Part shown: piece by piece, positions 39,539 through 53,394 of the stretch
How positions within the stretch are numbered: the stretch's first letter is position 1
Layout: the number at the start of each line of letters is the position of its first letter
DNA from: Rhizodiscina lignyota
Taxonomy: Eukaryota
Assembly (NCBI GenBank): GCA_010015805.1
Contig: ML978121.1
Span: 2,728,001-2,792,000, forward strand
Direction: 5' to 3'
DNA length: 64,000 nucleotides
The notes under the pieces: generated by a model
Database searches by the model: none
What the model saw: the letters and a program-made list of their open reading frames with translations, nothing else
What the model was told of the DNA's origin: nothing
Made by a program: the position numbers and the translations under genes

Positions 39539-42500
39539 TCACCGCCCATTCGACTCGATTGAATGCTGAGGCCGATGGCCCTGTGGACTCTGCGGCCTGC
39601 CCCAGAAGTCCAGGCTGGCAATGATGTCATTGCCCAGCTCGTCCTCGTACGCGTAGAGTATCTATTACCAAGTCAGCGAGACACCATACCAAACAAAAGA
39701 GTTAAAAGAGAGAATACGCACCTCGCGGGACGAAGAGTGTAACATCCTGATATTCTTCGCCGTCAAGATGTGCACCAGCATGCCGGTCTCCATGTGCCTA
39801 ATCTCAACGAAGCTCGGCTCGAAGGCAAGAATATACGGGTTGAAGATGGCAAAGGCCTGCGGGTTGCCCTCCCAGTAGATCATCCAGTCGCTGCGGGCGC
39901 GCCAGCCGTTGCGGTTGACGAAGAAGCTGTAGTCGGTGTAGCACAGCAGGAACTCGGTGGCGATGCGCTCGATGTGGATGGGCTTGATGTTCTCCTTGCG
40001 CTGCACAAAGTCGAGCGACGTGTCGGCCTGGTCGAGCAGCGACTGCGCCTCGAGCGTCTCGAGCGAGACGACTTCGAAGCCGCGCGCGCAGCCGACGCAC
40101 AGCTTGGAGCGGAGGAAGTGGATGGACGTTGATTCGGTGGGGATGTAGAACTCCTGTAGTTCGTGAGACTTCAAAGCACGGAAAACAGCAAAGCAAGTAA
40201 AGGGGGTATGCAAACCTTAAGCGGCTTCAGGACATCCTGACTGCTAGCCAACATCTTCGCAAGGCCAGACTTCTTCTTAGTCTTCATCATCGAATCCATC
40301 GGTTCGTACACCTTGATCGTCGTCGACAGCGCGGACGTCTTGACGCAGCACACAAGTTGCTGGCCCTGGCAAATGCCAGCCTTGAAAAAGTTCGCGTGGC
40401 AGATCTTGCGTCCTCGCTTCGTAAGAGCAGAATTGCTTTCGTCCGGCTCGAGAGCCTCTGTAGGATACGAGTACATTGTCTTCTCGGAGAGAACCAGGAC
40501 AATCTGATGCTGCTCGAGCACATCGATTTGCGTGACGTTCTTGCAGTCAAGAACACGCTTTGGACGGATAGAGGCATCTTTGGGCTTCCGATCGCTGATG
40601 TAGATGCCCGTGTCCGTACCGAAGATGAGCTTGCGACCACCATCTGACAGAAGTTAGTTGACTGGCGAGGAAGACAAGACAGGCGACATACCTATGGGCA
40701 CACAGCAGTTGACTCTGATTGCAGCAGTGAAGAATCCTTCATTGAGAATCGTCTTCGTGAAAATCTCGCTGCGTTCCTTCAACTTCCTCTGCTGCTCGTC
40801 AATGTGCTCAAGCCACTTGGTCTGCTGAATAGGCGTGGTGCAGTATAGCGTAAGTTCATATCCTCCTTTACCAAGATGCTTAAACGTGAGCGGATGACCT
40901 TGCTGCCGATTTGTCTCGGTGCGAGGCATTGTGCTCATAGTATTGGTTCTGGTTCCCATTAGACCTGTAGAGCCACGTCTTGCGATGCCTTGCCTTGGCA
41001 TGATCTCTTCCATTTGAGCCACCACCAGCAACTCTAACGGGATAGGCTTCCTATACACCTTCAGTTCCTCACGCTTGTTGACCATCTTGGTGCGGACAAG
41101 AAGGACAGCATGATCGAACAGATAGGCTTGTATATCGCCTGAGGAATCAGTAGGCGACTTCTTGAGCGTGCCTTTGAAGACAAGCTGACGAGCCTCTTCA
41201 GTCAACTTGAGATCCACGTATTCGCCAGGGCGAAACTTGAGGTCTCGGTTGAGCTGCTGCAGGTTGAAATGGTTCTCAGCCTTGCCAGACTCAATGTTCA
41301 CCTTCTGCAAGAACTCCTTGATCAGCTTGATGGCTTCAGGGATGTGCTCACGATCTGGGTTGTCCTCTGCAGTGTACTTCAGTATATTCTCTAAGAGAAG
41401 AGGATATCTTGCAAGCCTAGTGGTCGGCTTGGTGAGATAACCGTTCAACTCAAGTTTTCGCGATTCCTTCAAGCGCTCGGTCTCATCAACAAAGCGTGAA
41501 AATGCATTGTTTGACCGCTTCTCATTCTCAAACTCGTACTTGCCGAAAAGCTGACTCCTGCCATAGGTGATGAAAGGTGCAAAGTTTGGCACGAATTGGA
41601 GAAAGATGTCGCCGACATTGTGAACAACTGGGCTCTGTTGCTGACGTCTTGTCAAGGCCTCGGCGAGCTTTGAGTTGACCTTGTAGACCTCTTGGATGTT
41701 CGAGAATACAGTGCGAACAAACTTTTCTCTGCGATGCTCTGGAATTGGCGAGTTGTGGTCGCGCAGTGGTCTTTGCCAGAAGTCGCGCACGTATTCGAGA
41801 TCCTTGACAAAGTCTCGCTCCGTGTACATGAGCTCCGAAATGACTTCTTGGCGCTTCTTCTCCTTGTCTCCGACAGAGTCCGACACCTCCTTGGAAACCG
41901 TGTTGATCCAGAGCTTCTGTTCGTCTCCCTGGTCTTCGTGCAGACTTTGACGCGAGTCTTCCCGCTTCAAGCCTGGTTGAGGCTTCATGTTCAACTTGGC
42001 CTGCTGCTCCAATCTTCGTGGACATGCGATCGAATAGCAGAGCTGAAAGGGAGTGCATGTTGGGGAATAGCATTCGGTAAGCAGGGTGAAGACACCGTTG
42101 ACTTCAGTCTGATCTTCCACAAGCGTCTCTCGGAACTGATAGATTTCGTTCTGGGAGTCACGCAAACGATGAGCGTAGGTCACATCGTGAAAGAACTTCT
42201 GCGCATCAAGCGACCGGCCCAAAAGAAGTGCAAGATTTCGATCGGTGGTTCTGATGATGTAGGAGATGACGTCCACTGCTTCGGCCCCAGAGAATGCCAT
42301 CTTGTAGTCAAGGCCATCCTTCGCTTTCTCTGCAAGGTTGATACGCTCACGGAAAACGTCGGCAACTTTTGAGAGCAGTGCGGGATACACAAGTGGTTGG
42401 CCTCTCTGTCGTACCATCAGGGTTTGACTTTGGCTATTGGACTTCTGGACTCCGAGAGCCGTGTTGGTCGTCATTGTACTTGTCCTATCTGATGCAACAA

Positions 42501-43392
42501 CGGTTGATGCCATTGACATTGTTCGGCCCGGGATACTGGCTTGACTCCCGCTTCTTGGCTTCGAGATGGGGCTTGTTGGTGAGTCCAGTACTGGGGGTAC
42601 CGGAGGTGATCTAAAGTCGGCCTGTGCCGGAGTTGATCTACGGTCTGTGTTGACCGTTGGGTACGGTCGTTCTCCATAACTTTCTTGCGAAGCATCGCTG
42701 CGCCGATTCGGTATGACCCGCCCACTCATCGTCTGGTTATGCTCAGGACCTTTGCCATAATTCGACATGGACATTGTCCGCTCGTCAGGTCGTTCTGGTA
42801 TCATCCTGCCCTGCGCTGTGGTGCGCATGTACGGCTGCTGCCGGAACGTGTGTGCAGGAGCGATGTTGTTGTACTGATTGCCACCTGGATTGCCGCCAGG
42901 ATAGATGTTTGGTCGCGGCCCGGTTGCCATAGATTGAGATCGAAAGGGGTCAGTATTGAGAGAAGGTCCTGGATAGCGATTGGGCACTGGGCGGTTGTAG
43001 AGTGGATTGGAAGGCGGGCTACGATGATCGAGGCGCTGCGGTTGACCGTATGGTTGGCGGTCTGGACGAGTGGGATGAGGAAGATATTGAGGGTTCGGTT
43101 GTCGGGGTGGTGGAGGTTGATCTGGAGATCGTTGCGGAGGGCCCGAGGGGCCGTATCCATTTATGTGCTGTCGGACGGGAGGTGGTCTTGGTGCCCTCAC
43201 ATCTGGTGTCGCAGCCGCCATTGTTTGAGCGCGTTCTGGCGAGCTTTGAAAGGTCTGAGAAGTCATTGTCTGCGAGCGACCAGGAGGTGCAGCTCCGAAG
43301 ATGTGGGCAAAGGCAGCATCTCGCTGTTGCCCACCAGCATGGCCATAGTTGCGCCCATAATTTGCAGCTTGCTGAGGGCTGTAGTCCGCCAT
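39539..43392 (-). CDS. ROM2: Rho1 guanine nucleotide exchange factor (DEP-DH-PH-CNH); exons 43392-40692, 40643-40216, 40153-39722, 39661-39539
   Basis: DEP (AFSGAEAVD..DRNLALLLGRSLDAQ), DH (KRQEVISELMYTERDFVKDL..KPTTRLARYPLLL), PH and CNH (DGGRKLIFGTD, EFYIPTES) motifs; splice phases consistent. Confidence 0.95.
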
Positions 43393-44036
43393 ATAGGCCT
43401 GCTCTCTCCTCTCCGAGATGCTCAGACGCGGACCATGCGAGAGCGAGAGATGTGCAGGTTTGTTCGTCCGGGTTCCTTACAGGAGAGGGATGGTTTGGGG
43501 ATGACGACTCCTGAGGAGAGTGTGTACGGTGGAACAAACGCGGGCTCGGCCGGTGCAGGAGGAAGTAAGAAGCACGATGGACAGTGGTCTTCGAGTGGAA
43601 CAAGTGAATTTGCGTGCGGTGGGAGTGTGGTGGTTGTGTAGCGCGAGTTGCGAGCTAATCAGCGCACGTACGCGGGCGTGGATTGAGGTTCTAGCCGAGC
43701 GTCTGGCGCAAGCGCGATTCTCAGTACTCTAACGTGGATGTGAAGCTGAGACAGCGAGAGAGCGTCGCCGGGAGTTTTCAGTTCGGCGATAGTGCAAACG
43801 TTGGGAGATTCAGGATCGGTTCATGTCAGCGGTGCAAGGAACCTGGATTGTTGATTTCTTTACTGCCGTAAGGTACTCGATGCCGGAAGTTCGCTGTCCT
43901 GTCACCTGACCGCCAAGGCCGCCGATGATATCGACCCTGCAGCAATTGCTCCTGCGAGCACTTCTCACCATCTTCACTTCAGCATATCACTGTGAACTAG
44001 GCATCTGAAAGAGCTTGGCTCTCGTACGCCTTCAAG

Positions 44037-44729
44037 ATGCCAGAGTCAGAGCTGTCACCGCCTTTCGCCTTCTTCTTCGGCATGGTAAGGAGCTGTTTCG
44101 CCCATTCTGGCTGCCTGTTGCTAACTATCATCTAGGCCGGCATAGCATTTGCTGTGAGCTTCCTCTTAGTCAATCGCATTCCCCCAATACTCTGACGTAT
44201 CTACCAGATGATATTCGGCTCATTAGGCGCGGCGTTTGGCACAGCTAAAGCTGGAATTGGAATAGCAGGCATAGGAACGTATAGACCGGACCTGATCATG
44301 AAGGCATGTGGTTATTGAGAAGCCGGCTACAATATGACGTTTACTGACGCGCACAATAGTCTTTGATTCCTATAGTCATGTCCGGTATCATCGCCGTATA
44401 CGCTCTCGTGATCTCAGTCCTGATTTCCGGCTCAATGGATATCGACAACTACAGCTTATTCAAGGGCTTCATGCATTTGGCAGCAGGACTTTCGGTGGGA
44501 TTGACTGGCGCGGCGGCCGGCTACGCCATTGGTATCGTTGGAGATATGGGAGTGCGATCATACATGCAGCAATCTCGCATTTTCGTAGGGATGGTCTTGA
44601 TACTCATCTTCGGCGAGGTTCTCGGACTCTACGGGTGCGCTTCTTCTAGTCCGGAGTTCCTACTAGCTTTGCTAACTTTGATGCAGGCTTATTGTCGGTC
44701 TCATCCTCAATACCCACGGAGCTGGATGA
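44037..44729 (+). CDS. VMA11: V-ATPase proteolipid subunit c'; exons 44037-44084, 44136-44153, 44208-44303, 44360-44634, 44687-44729
   Basis: [70 protein letters not shown]...[20 protein letters not shown] with the conserved proton-carrying Glu. The third intron is GC-AG. Confidence 0.93.
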
Positions 44730-45548
44730 GCGAACATCACGAGATCAAGGTTTAATGTGTTCCACCAAGTGTAAGCAGCATTTTGGGCGTTCTCGCGAAT
44801 GAAGAATCAGGAGCCCTTAGTTGCCGAGACAGGCACTGTAGATATATATCATCGATGAAGGCCTTAGCTTGGAGCATTGGCGTTTTCGTCGTTTCGAATC
44901 AAATTTGAGCCTCATTTCTCATCTGCAATTTGAAACAGGACCTTTTGTGGCGTTGTGCCTACTTTGAGCCCCTTTGGCTGACAGGACTGGCCGATCATGC
45001 TACTAAAATAGTAGGTAGGGCGCAGCAGATATCTGGAGAAGCATCGGCTCTTTTTTTCCTGAATGTAGATCCAGATAGCCAGAATGACTTGCAGGGTCAT
45101 GGGCAGCCCGAAATTCTAGCCTGTCAAGTCCGCTCAGCGTAAGCTCTACACACCAACCTCGTGCGTCATCGCGCCGAGGCCAATCCCGCACACTTGTTCA
45201 GTTCTCTACCTTGATTGACCTCACACTGCCAACAATTATTGCGAATTGAAAACGACGCCTTTACTCTTCTGCGACTCCCACCGTCCATGGCACAATTATA
45301 ACTGCGCACGAGTTTATATGACCGCGACGAATTCGACCCCGAACGACCTCCCCCTATGAATGGCCCCCAAAACAAACGACCATATCCGACGCCGGCAATC
45401 GCTGTCGGCCATGACTTAGGGAAAGAGTAACTTGGCGATTTCAATAACACTCGGACGGTCATTTTCAACACTCAGTCTTGGTCTTGCCGAACAACAAGAG
45501 ATTCCGCAGGGCTGAGGGCGCTGGGTCAGCGTACCGCATACCGGGACC

Positions 45549-47279
45549 ATGGCCGCGGCCGCCATTAAGAACCACCTTATACCAAACGCCCTCAGAAGCG
45601 ACGAGGCAAAAGAAGAGCAGCGCGAAAAAAGAGAGCAGCAGCAAAACAACTCACACCTCCGGCCGAATAACACACAGCAGTACCCATACGCAGACGAGCA
45701 ACGATATTCGCAGCAACCGCGCGGTTCTTCACCGCAGCAACAGAATCATGGCAAGACGTCGCGCAAGCGGGATTTGGAGGGAGACAGAGAGGAGGAGAAG
45801 GCCAGAATTGCCAACATGGCGGACCAATGGTATTCGAAAGGGCCAATGGAGGTTGAAGAGGTTATGATGGACCCTAAGGACAAGGCTGTGGGCCATTCTA
45901 GCAGTAGCCTGAGGTGTGAGGATTTTGAGTTGCTCAAGACACTGGGAACAGGTAAATCTATTTGCTGTTGTGCCAATCTTGCTGCTTTGGGGCCAGTCTT
46001 AGCGCTCCGATGCACATAGGGACAGCAATCAGCTGATGATCGCGGATAGGAACATTCGCACGAGTGTGGTTGGCGCGATTGTCTCGACCACATAAGGAGG
46101 ACGAGGATAAAGTCTTTGCACTCAAGATATTACGAAAAGTAGACGGTATGTTCAACTGTGAACATATACAACGCGAAATCGAGCTAATCTCAGATGCTCA
46201 GTGATCCGGCTCAAGCAAGTGGAGCACGTGCGAAACGAAAGAAGCGTTCTGGCTGCCGTGGCAGGCCATCCATTCATTACGACTATGATTGCCAGTTTCC
46301 AAGATAGAGACTCTTTGTATATGCTTGTAAGTAATATCCGGTGCACCGCTCCATCAGTCAAAACGCTAAACAGTGATCTTATAGCTCGATTACTGCCCCG
46401 GCGGCGAAGTCTTTTCCTACCTCAGGCGTGCGCGCCGCTTCAACGAGCCCACATCACAGTTTTATGCAGCGGAAATTGTTTTGATTCTAGAATTTCTACA
46501 CGAAAAGGAAGGCGTTGCGTATAGAGATCTCAAGCCGGAAAACATCTTGATTGATGCCGATGGGCACCTCAAGCTTGTTGATTTCGGATTTGCAAAGAGG
46601 ATTTATAACAGTGAGTGGCAATAGTTTGAACTGAAGTTGAGCTAGATCGATTGACTCTAGACCTTTAGGGGAAACTTACACACTTTGTGGTACACCCGAG
46701 TATTTGGCTCCAGAGGTTATTCGGAATACGGGTAGGTCTTCAATCCCTGTTCAATGAATGTGGACTGAAATTTGTTTCTGCAGGGCATGGATGTGCCGTC
46801 GACTGGTGGGCGTTTGGTATTCTGGTTTACGAATTCCTCGTGGGACAGCCACCTTTCTGGGACCAAAATCCCATGAAGATTTACGAGCAGTAAGTGCACT
46901 TTCAGCCTTTGAATGCCTACTGCTATTGTGGTCAAGCTTTGTCTGACAATTTCACAGGATTGTTGAAGGCAAAGTTCGCTATCCATCCGCCATGTCTCCA
47001 TCAGCTCGTGATCTCATTAGCAAACTCTGCACGGTGGACACCTCTAAGCGTCTGGGCAATATTAGCGGAGGTGCCGGCGCTGTGAAGGCGCATCCATGGT
47101 TCAAAGATATCGATTGGGACTCGCTTTATCACAGGCGTGACCAAGGACCTATTGTACCTCATCTTCGAGGCCCGGCTGATACTAGGAATTTTGACGAGTA
47201 CGACGCGGAGCCTGAAGGAAGAGATCCTTACACCGAGGAGCTGAGGGGCAAATGGGATGATGCGTTCAAGGACTTCTGA
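45549..47279 (+). CDS. pkaB: cAMP-dependent protein kinase catalytic subunit, secondary PkaB/PkaC2 type; 6 introns
   Basis: [54 protein letters not shown]-terminal DTRNF...FKDF AGC hydrophobic motif. Confidence 0.92.
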
Positions 47280-48197
47280 TGAGATGACGACGATGATGAT
47301 GAGTTCTGGGACGGTATATTATTGGAGGCAGCATACGAATCTTTTTCTGGGGTGGGGATATCATGTACGCTATGTGGAAATTCTGCGGTTTCGGCTACGA
47401 GGGTATTGATTTATGGTCATGTACAATGAGATTCTTTGATTTTCGACAGCAAATCGGCACTTTGATTTTGAGCGGGCGATTGCCCTCCAGGAACACATAC
47501 TGTATCCGTCTTTTACCCGACATGTTCCATGGCTCAACTCACCTCAGATTGGGTACGCGAACTACCGTTTGAGCCGCTCGACATGGAGCGACACGTTCCA
47601 TCGTGGCTGGCACGACGTTAGCTGAACCGTGCCTCTCCAGATCGCTTCGAGGCACTGCCCACGAGTCTCAAACTCCTTCAAATCTCGTCCAGCCAGGAGC
47701 GTCGCCAGATCACCGGGCCTGACATGTGCGAGGTTTCACGCGTTTGCAGCCATTTAGAGGGAGTCTGCGCTTCTTCATCCCCGTCATCGGACGCGGTCCG
47801 CTAGCGGACCTAGATCGAGTTCATCATGTTCATGCAACCCCTCCCCACCGCGACTCATAGCCCCGCACCAAAGCAGCGGGGGCTTAGGAATTGGGCAAGA
47901 GATACCACCCCAATTGAATGGCCATGCCACGTCTCGCATGCTGGTAGCAGGGACCGCGGCGTGCTGACCGCGTTTTGGGCGTGCAGATAGAGTTAGTAGG
48001 CTTAATATAGCCGCTTCGTCTGTCTTGTCTGGTTACGGATTTTCAAATCGCGCTTTTAAGTACTTCACCTCGTCCCTTATCTTTTTCGTGTGCAATCGTC
48101 GGGTCCGAACAACGAGTCGCGAGACATTTCATGCCCTTCCTGCGACCCCGTCAAGCTTGCAAGCGTACGTCGATGCCTGCGCAGGAAGGTGCTGAAG

Positions 48198-50400
48198 ATG
48201 TTGTGCTCGTTCGTGACACGAGCCCTGCCGAGGGCCGGATGTAGCTCTTCTGCTCGTGCGGGCGCCTTCCGAAGATCGGCTTTGAGGGCTGTGAGGAGAG
48301 AATATCATCACGGTGATGCGTGGCGGATAGCGAGCTTTGCGGTTGCGGCGAGGAATGAGAATTCTGGGTGGCCGAGATATTGTGGCGAGGAGATATTGCA
48401 CCAGGCGTTCGTGAGAGGGCCTACAGAGGTAGGTGGAGAATCGATATCATTGGGAGTTGGGTTTTGGAACAATTGCGAAGATGGGAAGCTGATGGATTTT
48501 GGTAGCCACCGTTATTGGAGCAAACAATTGGCGAGAATTTTGCAAATATCGTATGGCATTATGGAGACCGGCCAGCGTAAGTGCTCTCGACGAAATTGTC
48601 GACGAATTGATATGATTCGAGATGGGACAGCTCACAATGCAACCAGAGTAATATCTACGCACCAGCAACAGCAATATACGTACAACGACCTTGACGTTAA
48701 GAGCAACTCCCTCGCTCGTGGCCTGCGAAGCGTGGGTGTGGGCAAAGGCGACAGAGTCGGAGTGCTATTGGGCAATTCCGTCGAATTCGCAACCGTAACT
48801 CTCCACATACCCCTTCAACAGGGCGTCTTCTAACTACCGCAGGTGACATATGCCCTCTTCAAGCTCGGTGCCATCCTTGTGCCATTAAATCCAGCCTTCA
48901 CTACTCCCCAAGTTCAGTCAGCTCTGAATCACCTCGCCTCCTCGCATCTTATAGTATCCGCCGAGACGAAGCTCACTCGCAAACCTCCGCGCTCCAACAT
49001 CCCCCTGATCAAATCGCTCATTCCAGACTTGCAAAGCAGCAGACATATTATCCAATCTGAGTCTGTGCCCAGTCTCGAAGGCGTCACAGTTGTAGATAAT
49101 TCTGAAGGGCGGATTGATGTCAAAGATATCAGAGCTGTGCATCGGTATGAGCTGCTCCTTGGGACAGCAAGGCCTAACGAGGAAGGCCGGGCGCTTTCTG
49201 ATCAGAGGCTGAAGAACTACGAACCGGTGAACATCCAGTTCACCTCGGGCACGACCAGCATGCCAAAAGCCGCGACTCTGACGCATAGGAACATCCTGAA
49301 CAATGGAAAATTCATTGGCGACAGGATGCTTCTTACACATGAGGACATCGTAGTGTGTCCTCCACCGCTCTTCCACTGCTTCGGCTGCATATTGGGATAC
49401 ATGGCAACAGCAACGCATGGCTCGGCCATTGTATTTCCCTCCGAGGCGTTCAACGCTCAAGCGTCTCTCGCTGCAGTAAGAGACTACAAGGCGACGGCGC
49501 TCTACGGGGTGCCAACTATGTTCATCGAAGAGCTGGATCTCATCAAGCATGGCCATTTCGACATGCCTCCTCATGGTTTCCCACACCTGCGGACTGGAAT
49601 CGCAGCCGGCAGCAGTATTCCGGCTGAGCTGATGAGGAAATTGCACAAGACATTGAACTTGACGGAATTGACGATCTGCTATGGCATGACGGAAACGAGC
49701 CCAGTTAGCGCGATGACAACGACTGACGATCCAATCGACAAGAGAATTGACAGCGTGGGAAGAGTTCTACCACATGTATGGACCAAAGTCGTAGACCCCG
49801 ATGATTGGAACAGAGTATTGGACGTGGGCGAAAGAGGAGAGATTGCCGTCAGTGGGTATCTTGTCATGAACGGCTACTGGGGAGATGAGCAAAAGACGGC
49901 AGACGTGTTGAGGGCTGATGCAGATGGCGTCGTCTGGATGCACACGGGCGACGAAGGCACCATCGATTCTGAAGGGTATGTGAGAATTACGGGCAGAATT
50001 AAAGATTTGATCATCAGAGGCGGCGAGAACATCCATCCGTTGGAGATTGAGAACTGTCTGCTTGCACATAACGATGTCACAGAGGTATCTGTAGTTGGAC
50101 TGCCGGACGAGAGATATGGCGAGGCAGTCGCTGCGTTTGTGGTCAGGAATGATGAAAGAGAGGTCTCAGCCGATGAGCTAAGAGAATGGGTGAAAACGCA
50201 TCTAAGCCACCAGCTGGGTGAGTCTCCAATGTCTGGAACATATGGATGAAGCTAACCAGTCCTCGAATATAGTACCAAAGTATGTATTTTGGGTAGCTGA
50301 TTACCCGAAGACAGCAAGCGGCAAGATCCAGAAGTTCAAATTGAGGGACTTGGGAGTCGAGCTTCTCCGTGAAGGTAAAGGAGACATTAAAAAGAAATGA
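48198..50400 (+). CDS. AMP-binding acyl-CoA synthetase (ACSF2-like), probably mitochondrial; introns 48429-48505, 48577-48646, 48795-48842, 50218-50272
   Basis: Arg-rich N-terminal presequence; IQFTSGTTSMPK, PPLFHCFG, YGMTETSP, MHTGD, GRIKDLIIRGGENI, PKTASGKIQK. Confidence 0.92.
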
Positions 50401-51003
50401 TTGGCTGATAGTCTACCAATATATAATCATTCGGGCCTTTTCAAGTCGGCGGCTCCGGGGTGGTCATCTGGTGGTATCTCGAGGCCACAGCTCTGTATCA
50501 AGCATGACAACTCATGCGACCCAAAGGGTATCTGATAATATGCAACTGGATTAGAAGTGAAAAAGGTCCCACTTTCCTCGATGTGAATTTTCCAGTGAAT
50601 CGTACAAGATCTGTCTCGAGAGGTGTACACTAGAAATTAAAATTGCCATTGTCCACTCACGCAGCTTTAAAACGCGTACTCTGCATCTTGCTGTGACGCG
50701 CGCTTCTGCACAATGAATGCTCTCTTCTTTCCGCGCTTTTCTCCTCTCTAGACACAAGCCCGAGGATAAGTCTTCCAAGTTGCCGCGACGAGCCATTTCT
50801 CACAGGCGCGCTGCCGGATCGAGATCGCAGGGAAGCACCGGACGTGCAAGCATGCAGGCCACCTAGAAAGCAAAGAACAACCCTCTTTCTCTCCCCATTG
50901 AAAGGCCTCGAGCTCGCTGCCACCACGCACAAGGCGTGAGGCTCTACAGAGCCGGATGTGGGAGCTCCTGGAGGCATAGCTCGCACCGCGTGCACGGCTT
51001 CAG

Positions 51004-53394
51004 ATGGGCGAACTCAAGGAGAAGCTGAAGCGCACCAAACTCTTCCGGAGAGCTTCGAGCAACTCCTCCGCCCCCACCTCCACGCCGTCAACGCCTGGGA
51101 AGCAATATTGCCAGACACCACGCGAGCAGAAGGCGCCTTTGGCCAGCAGTCCAATCGCGCAGCAGCAGCATAATCAGAGCGTCGCTCAGACTGACGTTGT
51201 GGAGCAAAAGACGCGGGACGAGGACGATGATCAACCACCATCGCCTACCGCCGTAGATCGACATCGGACCGAGAGCCTCAACTCTGGAGATCCCCAAACG
51301 CTCCAGAACAGCGTCGCGACGCTACCCACCCCGAGTGACAAGGCATTCGAGGGCCCCAAATTGACGCTGGAGGCTCCTACCCCCGAGGACCAGCTTGAAC
51401 TAAGGAGGAACACTCTCGTCGTCGAGTCCCCTGCCGAGCTCGACGAACATACGCCACTCCCAACCAACTTCAATTTCGGCTCGAGTCGCTCAAAGATCGA
51501 GCCTCCGTCCCTACGAAAGCAATCACTCATCGACAGCTCGAATGCACACATTATACAGGCATTGTTGCAGGCGGACGTGCAGGGCGCAGACAAAGCGGAA
51601 CAACAACAAGGGGACTACTTCCAACCTCCTCCTGCAGCGCTCCAACCCAGCATGCTGCACCGAAAGATATGGGTGAAGCGCCCGGGCGCATCTGCGACCT
51701 TGGTACAGGTGCGAGAAGATGATTTGGTGGATGATGTGAGGGATGTCATACTCAAGAAGTATGGCAACTCGTTAGGGAGGAGTTTCGACGCGCCGGACAT
51801 CATACTACGGATAGTGCCCCGTGCAGAGCATGGCCAGAAACAAGTAGAAAGGGTACTGGGGCCGGACGAGCAGATGTGCCAGACGCTGGATAAGGAGTAC
51901 CCAGGAGGCCAGGCTGTCGACGAAGCACTCATCATCGACATACCCCAACGACGCACGCCAAAGCCGTCACCAAGAGGAATGAACCCATACATGCATTCTT
52001 ACCTCGAAGAGGCCGCCCGTCCCGTGGAGAACGGCGGTGATTACTTTCCACCTATGCCTGCGGCCTCACCTGCCATAACCGCAGCCTCTCATCACAGCAA
52101 TCACAGCAGCAACGAGCATACCCGTGCAATGTCCGTCCTCAACACCGGCCAAGTGCCCCCTTTGCCCTCTCCCGGTGGCACGCGCCGCGCTCACCACAAA
52201 AACTCAAACCGACCGGCATATATGCGCCAGCATACGTCCTCCCCTACCACTCTCCAAGCACCTCCTACAGGCTCATCGCAGAAAGTGGTCCGCCCTCGAC
52301 TCGACTCGAACGCATCTGATCATCGTCACTCGGCTATACTCGTAGGCAATCCGCCTATTTCGACACCGCCAGCGCAGACTCACGATGGTGCGGCCATAGC
52401 GCCTACAAGCACCCTCGTCAACACCTCCCACCCTTCGTCACCCCGTGTCTCCTCCCCTGGCCCACGGAAGCCTAAAGCCCGAAAGAACAAGCCTCCCGCC
52501 GAAAATACCATGCTCGCTCCATCAATACCTACGAGCCTTGGCCTCGACACCTCCGTGCCACCCATCAATGTCCTCATCGTCGAAGATAACCACATCAACT
52601 TAAAGCTGTTAGAGCAGTTCATCCGACGGTTAAAGGTGCGGTGGGCCACCGCTGTGAATGGTCGAGAGGCGGTGAACAAATGGCGCGCTGGTGGATTCCA
52701 TCTCGTGCTCATGGACATTCAGCTGCCGATCATGAGTGGGCTGGAAGCGACAAAGGAGATTCGGAGACTTGAGCGTGTTAATGGGATTGGCGTGTTCAGC
52801 GGAAGCAGCGCGAGTTCGGAAGCGCCGAAGTTGCTTGCGAGGAAGAGCCAGAGCATTGTGGACGGTGTACCAGGCCTTGAACATGTTGAAGGGGAAGAAC
52901 GAGAAGAGAAGGAGGAGGCAAAAGAGGAAGACAAGCTGGACGTGGAAAGGCTGTTCAAGAGTCCTGTCATTATTGTCGCGTTAACGGCAAGTAATTTACA
53001 GGTGGACAGGCACGAAGCGTTGGCAGCGGGATGCAATGACTTCTTGACGAAGGTACATCCCATCCTCTCTTTTGCTTTTTAGCTTTCTCCAGCATATCAG
53101 TCTTACTGACATTCCTAACAGCCCGTAAACTTCGTCTGGTTCGAACGCAAGGTCAAAGAATGGGGCTGCATGCAAGCCCTCATCGACTTCGACGGCTGGC
53201 ATAAGTGGAAGGATTTCGCCTCCGCTCAGTCACCCGTAAACTCAAAGACCGCAAATGGCACGAAGGATAAGAAACCTGTGAAAGAGGTCGTGAGCGTCAA
53301 AAAGCCAGCGGCTTCGAAGCCGCCACTACCAACTGAAGATTCCGCTGATCTAAGTGGCACACCGGGGCCAGACGCAGAGAGCAGTAGTAATTGA
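51004..53394 (+). CDS. SSK1: Two-component response regulator of the HOG pathway (Ssk1/SskA); intron 53053-53121
   Basis: KIWVKRPGASATLV block; receiver domain VPPINVLIVEDN..LVLMDIQLP..IVALTAS..GCNDFLTK|PV..EWGCMQALIDFDGW. Confidence 0.93.

Noticed and set aside
41692..43641. Long plus-strand ORFs (226 and 318 aa)
   Set aside because: Antisense shadows of ROM2.
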